A DNA stretch of 63,959 bases, filler included, from Nemertoderma westbladi (Eukaryota; Animalia; Xenacoelomorpha), in the NCBI GenBank assembly GCA_032718475.1. It is 3 parts of 3 records of this genome, joined end to end, with 100 filler letters (N's around TTAATTAATTAA, not from the genome) between each part and the next. Parts side by side here need not be neighbours in the genome. Positions count along the whole stretch, not along the records: positions 44,874 to 63,959 come from JAUCBJ010002078.1; 2 more parts are not named here. The stretch is one strand, 5' to 3'. The notes beneath the pieces were generated by a model. It saw nothing but the letters and a program-made list of their open reading frames with translations. It was not told where the DNA came from and searched no databases. Both the position numbers and the translations under genes were made by a program. This document shows positions 47,801 to 58,634 of the stretch, one piece after another. Position 1 is the stretch's first letter. Each line of letters begins with the position of its first letter.

Positions 47801-50632
47801 CCAGCGTGTACCTACTCCACCTTTCGGTAAAGTAGAAGCCACTGCTCTAATAACCATAGTGTTCTGATACTCATGAGACTTACCTAGCCAATCCAATTGT
47901 CTGCAGATCTCCTGGATCTCATCGGAAAACTCGATAATTCCGCTACTAATAAACTTTCGGGGCGCTACTAACTTTGCATACAAGTACCCAGCGATGTTAT
48001 TCCTATTACCATACCTGATGTTTAGTGTATCCCAAACTTGTCTTAATCCGTCTGGATGTCCAATAAACTTTAACGCCATTAACTTGGGAGATCCTTCCAA
48101 GCACTCGATGAGGTATCTAAGTTTTTCTCCATTAGATAGTACAGAGTTCTGTATGTTATCTTTGTAATATTCATTAAAAGGTAACCATTTCATCTCATCT
48201 CCATTGAACTTGACGATCTCTCCAACCTTTACCGCTTGCCGGGCTTCGGTTCTAGCCATTTGACGCGTAAAACTTTCTTGGGCCATCGTGCTATTTAATA
48301 TCGAGTTATCGGTATATAAATTTCTCGGATTATGATCCGGTCTATAGGGAATATCACTATCAACAGGTCTATAATTACCCTTAATAGGGTTCACTATAGG
48401 AGTTTCTACTTCGCTAGCAGTATAGATGCGTGTAGGCTCCACACCTTCCGCATGAGATACTTCAGACCTAACGGGTTGACACATTGTTACAGAGGGTGGT
48501 GGTATACCCTTTTTTAAGTTTACTAATTTATCGCGTTCTAACGCGATACTTTGCTGCACTTCTTGCAACTCTAACTTACTTTCCCTCACCGTTCCTTTTA
48601 AATGTTGGACAGTCCCTTCCAACTCTCGGACCTGTTGGGAAGAGCGTATCCGATTCTCCTTCATCTCTCCTAGGAGAATATCCATCCCCCGCCGTCTCTC
48701 GTCTACCCAATCAACCACCGAAACGGGATCCGCCAACGTCGTAGCGGGCAGACGAGGGACAACGGGCGACAAATTTGGAATATTTCGCTCGGGGTCCAGG
48801 ATCTGAACTGTCTCCTGGGCAGTTCTACGGGGCACAGGTAGCTTAGTGCTATGCAGAGGGAATTTATAGGTAGCTTCAGGGAGCACAGGTGTATCTATTA
48901 CCGAAGGGGTGATTTCAAGAACAGGCCTAATTATTTCAGGCTCATCTACTATAGTAGGGAGTCTTTCTATTTTAATTATTTGGTCTGTGGGCTCTGTACT
49001 ACCTAAGTTGGTATTATTTAGTTGCCTTCTAACAGCTGGAGGCAAATCAGGCAATTTCTGACGGTGGAATGTTCTTTTACGTCTGCTTAGACGAGATCTA
49101 TTTCCTTTGCCTTCAGTATCGGTGGTATCGCCTTCCTCCGATGATGTATATCCCTGTCTTTTGGGAGTAGATCGATCCATCATCTGCATATTGCTAGCCG
49201 TTAACTGTTTATTTATGCAGTCTTGATTCTCCTGAATGTTTTCCAATTCTAACTGGGTGGTTTCTTCAGTCGCTCTCCGTTCTGCTTCTGCCACTGCCTC
49301 TGCCGCCTTTCTTTCAGCTGCTGCTTCTGCCAAGGTCGCCTTTGCTTCTGCCGCTGCCTCTGCCGCCTTTGCCTCAGCCGCTGCCGCTTTTGCCTCTGCT
49401 GCTGCCTCTGCCGCTGCCACTTTTCTTTCTGCTTCTGCAGCTACCACTGCTGCTTTCTTTCTGTCTTCTATACATTTTTTCTTTACTTGTTCTTCTTGGA
49501 CTCGTGTCAGGCGGAGTTGTTCATCAAATTTAGCCTGATTCGCAGCCCTCATTTCCACATCGATGGCATCCAACACAAGCTTGGTTCCTTCGCTATTAGG
49601 GCTAAGTCCCTCTAACCTTCTCCTCAACTCGTCATCACCTAAAAAACGCTGATAGTCTGACAGATAGATGTCAATGGCATCCCTCTTATGTGGTTTCTCT
49701 GCCGTCGCTTCACTTTCCACTTGGGAAAAAGTGGCGTCTGTTGATTCTCCATGGGTTGATCGCTCCTCCAGCTGAGCTTTCCACTGAGCTGTTCCTTGAA
49801 CTTGGAGATTCGCCCTTTGAAACCAAGTCTTTACGGCAACTTGCAACGACGTGTCTTGTCTTCTTTTAGAAGCCTCCTCAAAGGCGGATAAGATTAGCCT
49901 AATTCGCAGAACTCTTTCTCTAACTTGATAAAGCAGCTGTCCCTGCTCTTGAGGTCCTTGAGGTTGTTTAAACAGTTGTCTTTCTACTCGCTCCATAGAG
50001 CTGAAGAATCCCTGTGCGTATCCGGCTGCGGACCTCTTCCATACAGCTGGATCGATGGTTTCCTTGGCTACTCCCATCCGGTGTATGTCTTCCCAGGCAG
50101 CTTCTGATAAATCAAACGGGAGTCCGGGTCCGGGGAAGTTCCATTGCGACTCGACAATAGACTTCAGTTCTTCACTCGTGTATCCCGCGTAACTATCTCT
50201 AGTTGACCGTTGACTTCTTGCCCAATCGATCTGGTGTTCTTCCACCGCGATCAATAACCCAGCGAGCACGGCTGCAGGAAGGATGAGAAGGGGATCCGTA
50301 TAAACTGCATCCGTCATCTCTGCTCCGCGCTCGGGTGTCAGCTCTACAGTATCCTCACTACTGGAGCTGCTGGGCCGCTGAGGAATAAATTCTTGACTAG
50401 CGGGTTGTTGCTGTTCCGCTGCTTGTTGGTCCCGCTTGACCTGAGCTCGGGTGCCTATGATAGACCTACGATGTTGGACTAGCCTAGGTTCTGTTATTAC
50501 TACTGGAGGGATGACCTTCCTCACAGTGGGAGGTGAACTGAATTTACGACCAGACTGTTGTACGTCTCTATCTGAGTCGCAGATAGTTACATCTAATATA
50601 CTGTCTGACAGGTTCTGCTTAGTATCAGACAT
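44891..50632 (-). CDS. BEL gag-pol polyprotein (long N-terminal extension, DUF1759-like gag, zinc knuckles, protease, RT, start of RNase H)
   Basis: Uninterrupted ORF with ALLDSGS, VRVVFDGS, IYMDD and FDPLGFISP. Confidence 0.95.
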   Translation of the reverse strand: MSDTKQNLSDSILDVTICDSDRDVQQSGRKFSSPPTVRKVIPPVVITEPRLVQHRRSIIGTRAQVKRDQQAAEQQQPASQEFIPQRPSSSSSEDTVELTPERGAEMTDAVYTDPLLILPAAVLAGLLIAVEEHQIDWARSQRSTRDSYAGYTSEELKSIVESQWNFPGPGLPFDLSEAAWEDIHRMGVAKETIDPAVWKRSAAGYAQGFFSSMERVERQLFKQPQGPQEQGQLLYQVRERVLRIRLILSAFEEASKRRQDTSLQVAVKTWFQRANLQVQGTAQWKAQLEERSTHGESTDATFSQVESEATAEKPHKRDAIDIYLSDYQRFLGDDELRRRLEGLSPNSEGTKLVLDAIDVEMRAANQAKFDEQLRLTRVQEEQVKKKCIEDRKKAAVVAAEAERKVAAAEAAAEAKAAAAEAKAAEAAAEAKATLAEAAAERKAAEAVAEAERRATEETTQLELENIQENQDCINKQLTASNMQMMDRSTPKRQGYTSSEEGDTTDTEGKGNRSRLSRRKRTFHRQKLPDLPPAVRRQLNNTNLGSTEPTDQIIKIERLPTIVDEPEIIRPVLEITPSVIDTPVLPEATYKFPLHSTKLPVPRRTAQETVQILDPERNIPNLSPVVPRLPATTLADPVSVVDWVDERRRGMDILLGEMKENRIRSSQQVRELEGTVQHLKGTVRESKLELQEVQQSIALERDKLVNLKKGIPPPSVTMCQPVRSEVSHAEGVEPTRIYTASEVETPIVNPIKGNYRPVDSDIPYRPDHNPRNLYTDNSILNSTMAQESFTRQMARTEARQAVKVGEIVKFNGDEMKWLPFNEYYKDNIQNSVLSNGEKLRYLIECLEGSPKLMALKFIGHPDGLRQVWDTLNIRYGNRNNIAGYLYAKLVAPRKFISSGIIEFSDEIQEICRQLDWLGKSHEYQNTMVIRAVASTLPKGGVGTRWDKKVLYMMEQQRRDPTMADLMSFLDGEVKLQLLKQSREKTPENKVGEKPVSRRKVTPVCYTDDGESQTSQGEDSGKDTDRSYYVNKMPKDQVSKFKSRTNDRREQVRKTPPTSPKRIQVRKPEERASVHNVTQNKVSNIKPKCALCDGTHHLNRCDEFLKKSLTERREVMWDKRLCYNCLRQGHQRRTCFSDIRCAKCGAKHHTLLHAEFDRNSPNQVSDSELHVQFSDVNDTDQSEMEGFYTDEFSDENESCYMINTAVYRALTYEKDTENDFTLTTSERQPSWKEPSSNVGIREFPVVQVRVHGPKRSYIVNALLDSGSTGTFIDKELAENIFAGQPKFQTKLNMSGIMQVWKSTITADYYVGALSTPQDELGEHSIRSVKMVAIKNFATTQADLYDWDEDESIQHLNIPRFQTDYPGVQILIGQNAREALETLEKRPAQPQPLQTYAVRTRVGWYFTGPSRRTLRERLPQERVCQVSEWEDDASEGDDSTEGIPYSSDNDDVHQLFDEENTIDLLKENEAWQNQVNLCQLLYPSEREAYNDELNDVIERCNAKTRDEHAVRFFTQEAVEPNSYDKALSVEEERAKQIQETTTRFLKDQGRYEVGLPFRKREPKFINNRPLAEKRIAQLHRRLTANSSAKAMYQTQLEKFINKGYAERVPEETPVTERTYYLTHHYVPKPGKPNEVRVVFDGSALYMGQSLNSELLPGPNLLQSLLGILLRLRQYSIAFASDIEGMFLQINVLDRDRDSLRFLWWPEGDLNQKPVEYWMTIQAFGIISSPSNACSVVRTTAEDNREAFSKEVIDNIKRDIYMDDNLKSLPSVEEAIEVAKGTVECLKRGGFRLTKFTSNSREFLESIPAEDRGAKDLDLIKDDLPETKTLGLKWDTERDILFFQLKQQDNPVRTKRICLSILSTYFDPLGFISPVILIARSLVQQMWLENHSWDDPLKGELLKKWMKWEACQRSRIL

Positions 50633-51954
50633 GACTATGTATACCGTTGAATGTCTACTGCTGTATTACAGTCTGAGTAAGTCTAGTAACTCAGTATTAA
50701 CTGCTAGCCTAGTAATTAATTACCGGTACTGCTACTCAGTGTAGCGTGATATATATATAATATATTAGAATACCGGTATACTTATAGTATATATAACTAT
50801 ATAAGTATTATTACAGACTAGGTTTATCACAGAATACCGGTATAATTTTAGCACAAATATATATAAATATATAATAGGCCTATCTGGAATACCGGTATAC
50901 AGCTTACAGTTTGTAGGATATATAATTCTGAAATAGAATTAATTACAAGTACCGGTATAATTTCAGCCTAGATTTATAGAAATAAAGATAATAGGCCTAT
51001 CGTAAATACCGGTATATCAATTATTTCAAATAATTGAATTTCTGTTACTTTAGGGTTACTTTGTTACTTTACTTACTTTATTACCGTTATTTGAGCAGTA
51101 GTCCAACTGATATTGAGACCTAATGGTTGTAAGGTAGGCCTACTATTTATAAATCGTTAGATTTGATTTATAATATATATATACCCGTTTTAATGGGTTT
51201 TGTCAATGTTTGAAATAAATGTTATTATTTCTAGGGAGTAATCACTACACAAAGCGGTGTGCTTTCAGTGAAGTGTTACTTATAGGGCACCAAAACAAAT
51301 AATTCTAATTTACCTAAGTTACTTAATACTACAAATTACGTACAATTCGGGTGAGATTACAATCTCTAACTAAACACAAAAATTTACAAAAACACAAAAT
51401 ACGAATTTCAGGGTAATTTTACAAGAAGTCTACAAACCAGCCTAACAAAGGGTTAGAAAACTGGTTATTACAACGGACAGGGTACTACGGTATTTGAAAT
51501 AATAAGTAGTAGTAAATACACTGCGTTGTCCAGATAGGAAAATACCACCGCCTGACGACCTATAGCCGTATCGCTATAGGTTCTACGTTATGTATCACGG
51601 AGTGTTCCTACCTAGAAGTTAATAGAGCTAATCGAATGTGCCTATCAACCACTTTACAACACAGATATAATGTCTACACTAATTACTTCGGAAAGTACTG
51701 TACACTAAACCCTAAATTAGGTACGAGTACTTGTACAACAGATAATCAGTAGTTAAATATACTTGAACAGCTAAAAGAACCACGGCATCTGCTGGAGTGA
51801 CCGATGCACAAAATCACCAGTCTTTACCTACGCCTAGCAGCCCGTGTAGTACCGGGGTTAATTTAACTATAGCGGTATGTATAACAAACACAATTACTGT
51901 AGGAACAAACTTGGGGAATGAATGTTGCGGATAATCGCATAAACTCTGAATAAT

Positions 51955-52520
51955 AAATATTACGCTACGCGTACAAACTACTCAAACAAAATACAGACCG
52001 AACACTGACAGACTACTATCAAGCCTAAACAAACTACGGTATATGCAGACTCCGAAATGATTAGGGAGTATGCGCTCTAACCCAGTAGTGCGACTTATTC
52101 TTTAGTTGGGGGTTTACCTTACAGCGTTCGCTGCCCCTACTCCCTAACCGTACTTAATCAGACAAATGATCTACACACACTGCAATCCGTTCAGACCTAA
52201 TAACAGCCGGACAACTATCCAGCCTACAACTTATCTAAATAAAATTATACGCTACCCGTACAGACTTACACAAACAAAGTACAGACTAAACGATGGCAGA
52301 CTACTCTCAAGCCTAAATAAACTACAGGACATGCAGACTCCGAAATGATTAGGGAGTATGCGCTCTAACCCAGTAGTGCGACTTATTCTTTAGTTGGGGG
52401 TTTACCTTACAGCGTTCGCTGCCCCTACTTCCTAACCGTACTTAATCGGACAGGTGATCTACACACACTGCAATTCGTTCGGACTTAACAGCAATCAGAC
52501 AACAGCTCAGCCTACAAATC
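51955..52520 (-). repeat. Tandem ~290-bp duplication in the BEL leader (copy 3)
   Basis: GCAGACTCCGAAATGATTAGGGAGTATGCG..CCTAACCGTAC occurs twice. Confidence 0.85.
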
Positions 52521-52879
52521 GTCTGTACAATCTGATCAGGTTTACACGCCTTCTGTTCAATACTGGCCTACAAATAAATAAAACTTGACAGAAATAAGTA
52601 AACCATATAAAGGTATAAGGGGTGATCAATCCCTAATCCCTTAAACAGCCTACCGGTATGCAACAATCAAATCGAATAATACTAGTGTACTTATACGGAA
52701 GTACCGGTTAGGACAGCTAGGCCTATGGACCTACAGAAGTACCGGTTCTGGCAGTTGGACCTACGGACCTACGGCAGTACCAGTTCTAGCGGTTGGGCCT
52801 ACTGACCTACAGATGTACCGGTTCAGGTTTACCGGTTGACCGGTACTTTCAACTTTATTGCTTACTGCAACAAAGAAGC

Positions 52880-52891
52880 TATATCCTTTAA
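52880..52891 (-). promoter_or_regulatory. Non-tRNA primer-binding site (TTAAAGGATATA), complementary to LTR segment 53620-53631
   Basis: Abuts the 5' LTR; no TGG; 12/12 complementarity to its own LTR. Confidence 0.72.
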
Positions 52892-54072
52892 TGTTCGCGC
52901 TTTCAGACCTTTGGCAGTTTAACCCACCAAATTAAGATGTCTTCTAGATATTAAATCGGTTTTTAGTCTATGACAAGTATTTGATTCACTACACTAGTCG
53001 AAACCAATCTGTGCGCGATCATTCACCCGCTGGATATTCCCGGGAGATTGGGTTCGACGGTTTAATTTTATTGCTATGTAAGCCTAATGTATTATTCGAC
53101 TGACAGTATTATATAATCTCTGACAATATTATTCACCTTCGGGAATATTAACAGTTCCTTTAGGACGTGGCGCTTTATCTATATAAACAGAGTTATGACT
53201 TAAACTACTCACAACGATATGGCTTAATTATAATTCACATATATGGCGCATTCTTTAGGAAATGCTTCTTTAACAGACTCACTCATACGCAATGCTGCAC
53301 AATACTGCACACTAATCTGCTAATCTTCACTGATTTTAGTCACATATAAAAGGAACACAGACTGACTCATGTAGGGTCTATCAAATAACATTAGATTCAC
53401 TTCAAACCACTTTAACATAAGTCACAATCGTTATTGATAACCTTTCTCTCTTACCTTCGGTATATCAAGAATATTGGGTGTCGGGGTTATTTCTCGTTAT
53501 TCCAATATAATAATTCATCAACAAATATAATGAATAACCGACAACAAATAGCAGTATGCAGTATTCACAGATCAATCGTGCCAGTTTGTTTTGAGTTAAG
53601 ACAATCAGTCAGTCATCAGTTAAAGGATATATGTCCTTATAATTAAACCTACTAGTGTTGAGCTAAAAAGCAGAAAGCACAAAACACTAAAAAGCCGTTC
53701 TTTCGTGGCTTTGAAAAACTCGTGACTACTGCTCTATACGAGTATACCAACCACTCTTATTCCACGAAGCTCCCGTTCAACACAGAGAAAGAGCAGTGAG
53801 ATAGGAAATTTTCAGTTCAGTACTCTGTGATAGGTCAAAATCAAGGCTAACTCAAATTCTATTGGGAGATACAAAAACAAGGCTATGACGCAACCTCCCT
53901 AGGCTTGTTGGCCGATTAAACAGAGCCCAGATGCCTGCGTACAGCAAATCAGCCAATAAGCTGGTAACTTGCACTATTTTTAGCTGTAGATCACTTTGAG
54001 AGTATTCTTAGCGACTGGGGGGGAACTGGCCAACAAGGCAAACGAATCAGTTATCCCACAAAAGCTTTTACA
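52892..54072 (-). repeat. LTR C (5' LTR of copy 3), 1181 bp
   Basis: TGTTCGCGC...CTTTTACA termini. Confidence 0.9.
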
Positions 54073-54535
54073 GTAATTAATAATAAAAGTAATAGGCACT
54101 TTAAGTACTTCAGCACCATCCTTAAGAAAACGGGCAGGTATTAGGTCTAGACCGGTACTTTTTGAGGCTGATAGGCTAAGTAGATTTTTAAAAACGAAAT
54201 CCTCAGAAACGGGTTTTAAAAATAACTTTTCTGAATTTTGTAACTTTTCTAAATAAAAATTATTTAGAGTTTCGGACCCTATACTATATTTATTACTTGA
54301 TAACGGTAATTTCTTAACTAAATTAGAGGCAACATTAGTAAAATAATTATTAAATAAATTACTAACTAGAGTATGATCATGAATCAGCTCACCGTTATCT
54401 TGCAGAACAATATTCGATTTAGATTTAAGGTTTTTATAACCTAAAGATTTTAGGGTAGACCATAGACTTTTAGGATTATCTTTATTCTCACTTATTTTGT
54501 TGTACAAATATTCAGATTTAGCTTTTTTTTATTTC
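54073..54535 (-). pseudogene. CR1/L2-type LINE ORF2 fragment (region preceding RT)
   Basis: NPKSLWSTLK..LFNNYFTNVA..SKSTGLDLIPARFLKD..PITFIIN; truncated at LTR C. Confidence 0.85.
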
Positions 54536-54879
54536 CCGTTGGACAAGGTTACCAGCATTCCATGAGCTGACATGATTGCAGTTGGGTATTCTCAGCGAGA
54601 TTTGGTTTCCTAATGCAACCAAATCTGGTTTCACACTTACTCTAAATTGAAACCAAATCTGGTTTCCATTGATATCTCAGGACATCAAAGGATGCCCGAC
54701 TTGGCTACTGGGTGAAAGGACATCTGGACATGTATCTGAGAGTCAATTCCCTAACAACAGAACAACAAGCATTGGCTGGAAGTTGGGGCTCTTCTATTTA
54801 ATGTATTTAGCCCTGTGCCATGTTCTCCTGTAGGAAGGTACCTACTGCACCTCCAGCTGTCTAGGCTGGAATCCATACA

Positions 54880-56045
54880 CTTTGCGCCGGATTAATCCGG
54901 CTGTCCAGCGCGCTATACAATAAAAGCGCGCCAATGTGGCGCGTGGCGCGCTCGAAAATCGTAAAGCACGCCGGCTTTGGCGCGTGGCGCTCCCATAAAT
55001 AAAAACCGGCGCCGATTTGTTGGTTTAACAATTACGGAAGTGCCTTAAAAATTGCATTAGCTGTTTTCGGAACGTACGGAAAATTAAAAACAACGGACTG
55101 TCCGTCTAAAACCAGGTTGGAATTTATGTAGAGTTTGCTCAACATGTGTGGCGCGGATTAAGGATCCTGGCGCGTAGTGACAGGGGCGTGTGGCGCGGAT
55201 TACTGGATTAAGGATCCTGGCGCGTATAGTGACAGGGGCGTGTGGCGCGCATTGAGGATCCTGGCGGTCCTGGCGCGAATATGGATGTAAGGTTAGGTTG
55301 GGACAGTAGGAGGTAGCGTAGCAGTGCACTAGCAACACATCCCACTCTACAGCTCTATTTGAAATTATTCCATAGGTTTAAAAAGATTGAAAAATGTCCG
55401 CTTTGCTTCGCTCGCGTTTATCAGTTTATACTGTACATCTACTATTTATAGTACTATCTGGCTGTGGACAAATGGAAACGGACAGATTGAGCATGACCAT
55501 TAAAAACATGACTTATTGTTTCAAAAGTTTTTCAATTGTCAGATTCTTCAAACCAATAAAACCATGAAAGCCTGCATGATTCAGCAGAATTTCCGTGCTC
55601 GCTACGCTCGCAATTTACCGGTAATGACATCTACATTTCTGCATTTGAAAACAGTCGGTTTGCCTACTTTAAATGCTGAAATGTTAAAATTTTCGTGCTC
55701 GCTACGCTCGCATCTTGATCACATCTGCATTTTAAAACAGTCAGTTGACGTTGACCTACTACTACTACTACAACAACTACAGCACTGTCTGACTATTACT
55801 GTCAGACTGTATTTATGTTAACATAATTGGAAAATTTCCTTGCTCGCTACGCTTGCATTTTAATGTTAACATACTGTAGGGCTACAGAATTCAGGAATTA
55901 TAAACTGATAAATTATTACAATTAAGCAATTACCGTACTGAATTACTGCAAAATTTCATAGTCAATTGTTGGCTTGGCGCGCATTAGATATCATGGCTGG
56001 CGCGATTTTCGTTTAATCAGAACGCGTGTGGCGCGCTTTTTGTCA
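54880..56045. repeat. Repeat region with many GTGGCGCG and GCTCGCTACGCTCGC motifs (unclassified DNA-element remnant)
   Basis: GTGGCGCG clusters at 54935-55280 and 55975-56035; CTCGCTACGCTCGC-like motifs at ~55405, 55598, 55697 and 55843. Confidence 0.45.
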
Positions 56046-56058
56046 GTATTCCATATAG

Positions 56059-56444
56059 GGTCTAAAACACCCAAATCTGCAAATCACAACAAATCACACA
56101 AACTGACAAAACCTGAAATCATAACAAAACCTGAAATCATAACAAATCCTGAAATCACACCAAAATCACAACAAATCACACCATTATCACAAACCAAATC
56201 GTAAACCAAATCACAAAAAATAATCCCAAAACCAAATCACACCAAATCACAAAAAAAAATTGAAAAGTAACTGAGTAAAGGAGCATGTTACAGTGGTAAC
56301 CAGAAGGAACCAAAACAATAAACTATTAGTGGTTAGAAAAAAATAAAAATTCGAATTTTTTGTGTGATTTGTTGTGATTTGGAGTGATTTGTTGTGATAT
56401 AGTCAATTTTGTGTGATTTGGGTGTTTCAGTGTTTAGACGGACC
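56059..56444. mobile_element. MITE with inverted AAATCAC / GTGATTT subterminal arrays
   Basis: GTCTAAAACACCCAAATC at the left; GATTTGGGTGTTT..TTTAGAC at the right. Confidence 0.55.
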
Positions 56445-56998
56445 GCAATAAAGCAGGTAAGAGTGTAAGACCTATCGCTATCAGTCTACTGGTCTATGTA
56501 GGCCTATCAGCCTATACTGCTATAGGCCTACCCAATACCGGTCTGCTGGTACCGTATTTGTTTTATCAGTTTATTTTATTTGATTTTTTTATGTCAACAA
56601 TAATTTAATCAATAAGCAGATAAAATCACGATGCACAGCGAGACAATGTTTTATATATAAATAATACTGTAATATAGGCCTAGTACCTACTGTAGTAGAG
56701 TACCGGTACTGTCAGACTGTACACCTACACATTGCTACATTGTACATATGGCAGTATGGCAAATGGCTGTATGGGTTAATCAACTCAATACAGCAATAGT
56801 CCTAACTATATCAGTATATACAGATATACTATACTACCGGTAGTGTACAGAAATAAGGTGTAGAACAGCACAAGTTGTCAATTTTATACATTATAGGCAT
56901 GTCAGCCTGTACCAGCTACCACTGTACCAGTGTTCCTTACTGTAATACTACTGTACTAACGAATCTAAACGTTAACTACTGGCTGACCGGGGATTTGA

Positions 56999-57874
56999 AT
57001 GGACGATGTTATGGGTTCACTATCATTATCTTGTCAATTGGTTCAGTTTGATGAAAGTATAACAACTCGTTTCAACCTTATTATTCCTGGCACGGTGAAT
57101 GAAGTTACAATAAGCGACGTCAAACAGAACATACTCAGTCGTAACTCAAGTAACGCTGGAATTAAAGACAGCAATGTGGTGATTATTAGTAAAGGAAATA
57201 AACTCAAAGACCCATCAACGTTAAAGGAATGTAACATACAGGATGGGGGTGTAATTCAGGCGGTTTGTGTAAATAGCGAACCTAAACTACCGCAAAGTAA
57301 ACAACTCACACCTTCGGAGGCCAAACGAATACTAATCAAATTCAAAACCATTGTTACAGACCCTAATGTAAGAATACAATGCGATGAACTTCTGCAATCG
57401 AAAGACTTATTACAAAAAGTCGCCAAAGAAATGCCACTTTTATTAACCGATAAAATAGCTGTGAAGGTTTTCAACGATTTTGATTTGTTGGTGCGGTTCG
57501 TAGACCCCAAACTAACCAATCGGCTGCTCGCTGAGCACCCACTGCTCGTCGAGGCGGTTGGCCATTTATCCACGATTATAGAAGCCGCCGTTGACGTTGG
57601 CGAGGATGATCTTCCCGCAGTTCGGTTCACCGCTTCCCAACTCTCGTCCGCTCTGCACGACGCCCTGCCAACCGGTCGTTCTCGGATCGCATCCGACGAA
57701 CTCTCCCAGGTCTTCGCTCCCGTCGCCTCCCACGAAGGCCACCAGGTAACCGAGGAGGATGTCAGACAGTTCGAGGAGATGGGAATTGATCGCGAGCGGG
57801 CGAGACGGGCGTTGGCCGCCAGCGGAGGAAATATAAATGCCGCATTCGAACTAATATTCGAGGATAGAATATAG
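56999..57874 (+). CDS. UBL7: Ubiquitin-like protein 7 (UBL-UBA protein)
   Basis: N-terminal UBL (ISKGNKLKDPSTLKECNIQDGGVIQ); UBL7-type middle segment (DKIAVKVFNDFDLLVRFVDP..HPLLVEAV; FTASQLSSAL); C-terminal UBA (EMGIDRERARRALAASGGNINAAFELIF). Confidence 0.8.
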   Translation: MDDVMGSLSLSCQLVQFDESITTRFNLIIPGTVNEVTISDVKQNILSRNSSNAGIKDSNVVIISKGNKLKDPSTLKECNIQDGGVIQAVCVNSEPKLPQSKQLTPSEAKRILIKFKTIVTDPNVRIQCDELLQSKDLLQKVAKEMPLLLTDKIAVKVFNDFDLLVRFVDPKLTNRLLAEHPLLVEAVGHLSTIIEAAVDVGEDDLPAVRFTASQLSSALHDALPTGRSRIASDELSQVFAPVASHEGHQVTEEDVRQFEEMGIDRERARRALAASGGNINAAFELIFEDRI

Positions 57875-58634
57875 AAGAATCTAGTATAATAATAAATTAA
57901 ATAAATAAATAAACTACTATTGTCTAAAAATATACATAGAAGTATTGATGGAATTATATTTGTTTGCAGTAAATCAATAACTAAACTAAACGGATTATAA
58001 CTGAGTAAAAAGTATAATACTTCACATAAAAATAAAAATATATACACAAAATAATAATATACAATTACCCTGTAATATAGTATTTAGTTCAATGTTTCAT
58101 AATATCACCACAACCCTAGAGGCTTAATATAATAATTTCTCTCTTGTTATTGGGATATACCGTACCATCATTTTAATTTTTTTTTACACCCCTACACGAT
58201 AAATCTGTAGTTGGTGTATTACTTTATTTCATCTCTTTTTATTTTATGCCTATGTTGTTTATTTAATTACTGTTGTCCTATCTTTTATAACTAATAATGT
58301 ACACTAATAATCCACTTTTTGTGTAATGGACCCAAACTTGTTACATCGAGACCATTATATTATTTACTATAGACCATAACCAATCATAAATACACTCACT
58401 TTATTTCAGTTTATACTACCATTTGGTACAGCATTACTGACCAGTGATACTTAATTATTATTTATTATATTAATTTCTTATCGTTGTTATTTTATCCAGC
58501 AATCCTTGCAGCTTTCATTTACTACTAGTGTTAGTGTAATTAGTATCATATGTTAACCTTCGACTGCATGATAGATTTATTCTCTAGTTCATTCATTGAT
58601 TAATTAAAACATATAACAACCCCGGAACACCGCA

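Larger units (their letters stand above)
44874..54072 (-). mobile_element. BEL/Pao LTR retrotransposon copy 3 (5' LTR, leader, gag-PR-RT); 3' part lost at the gap
   Basis: 1913-aa ORF plus LTR C; abuts a LINE fragment on the right. Confidence 0.93.

Noticed and set aside
33358-54072. One full-length BEL element from LTR B to LTR C
   Set aside because: The LTRs are clearly divergent, the flanks differ (CACAT versus GTAAT), gag-RT is present twice and a gap separates the parts.
57256-58047. 263-aa antisense ORF and similar antisense ORFs over pol and gag
   Set aside because: Shadows of genuine opposite-strand coding sequence; no motifs.
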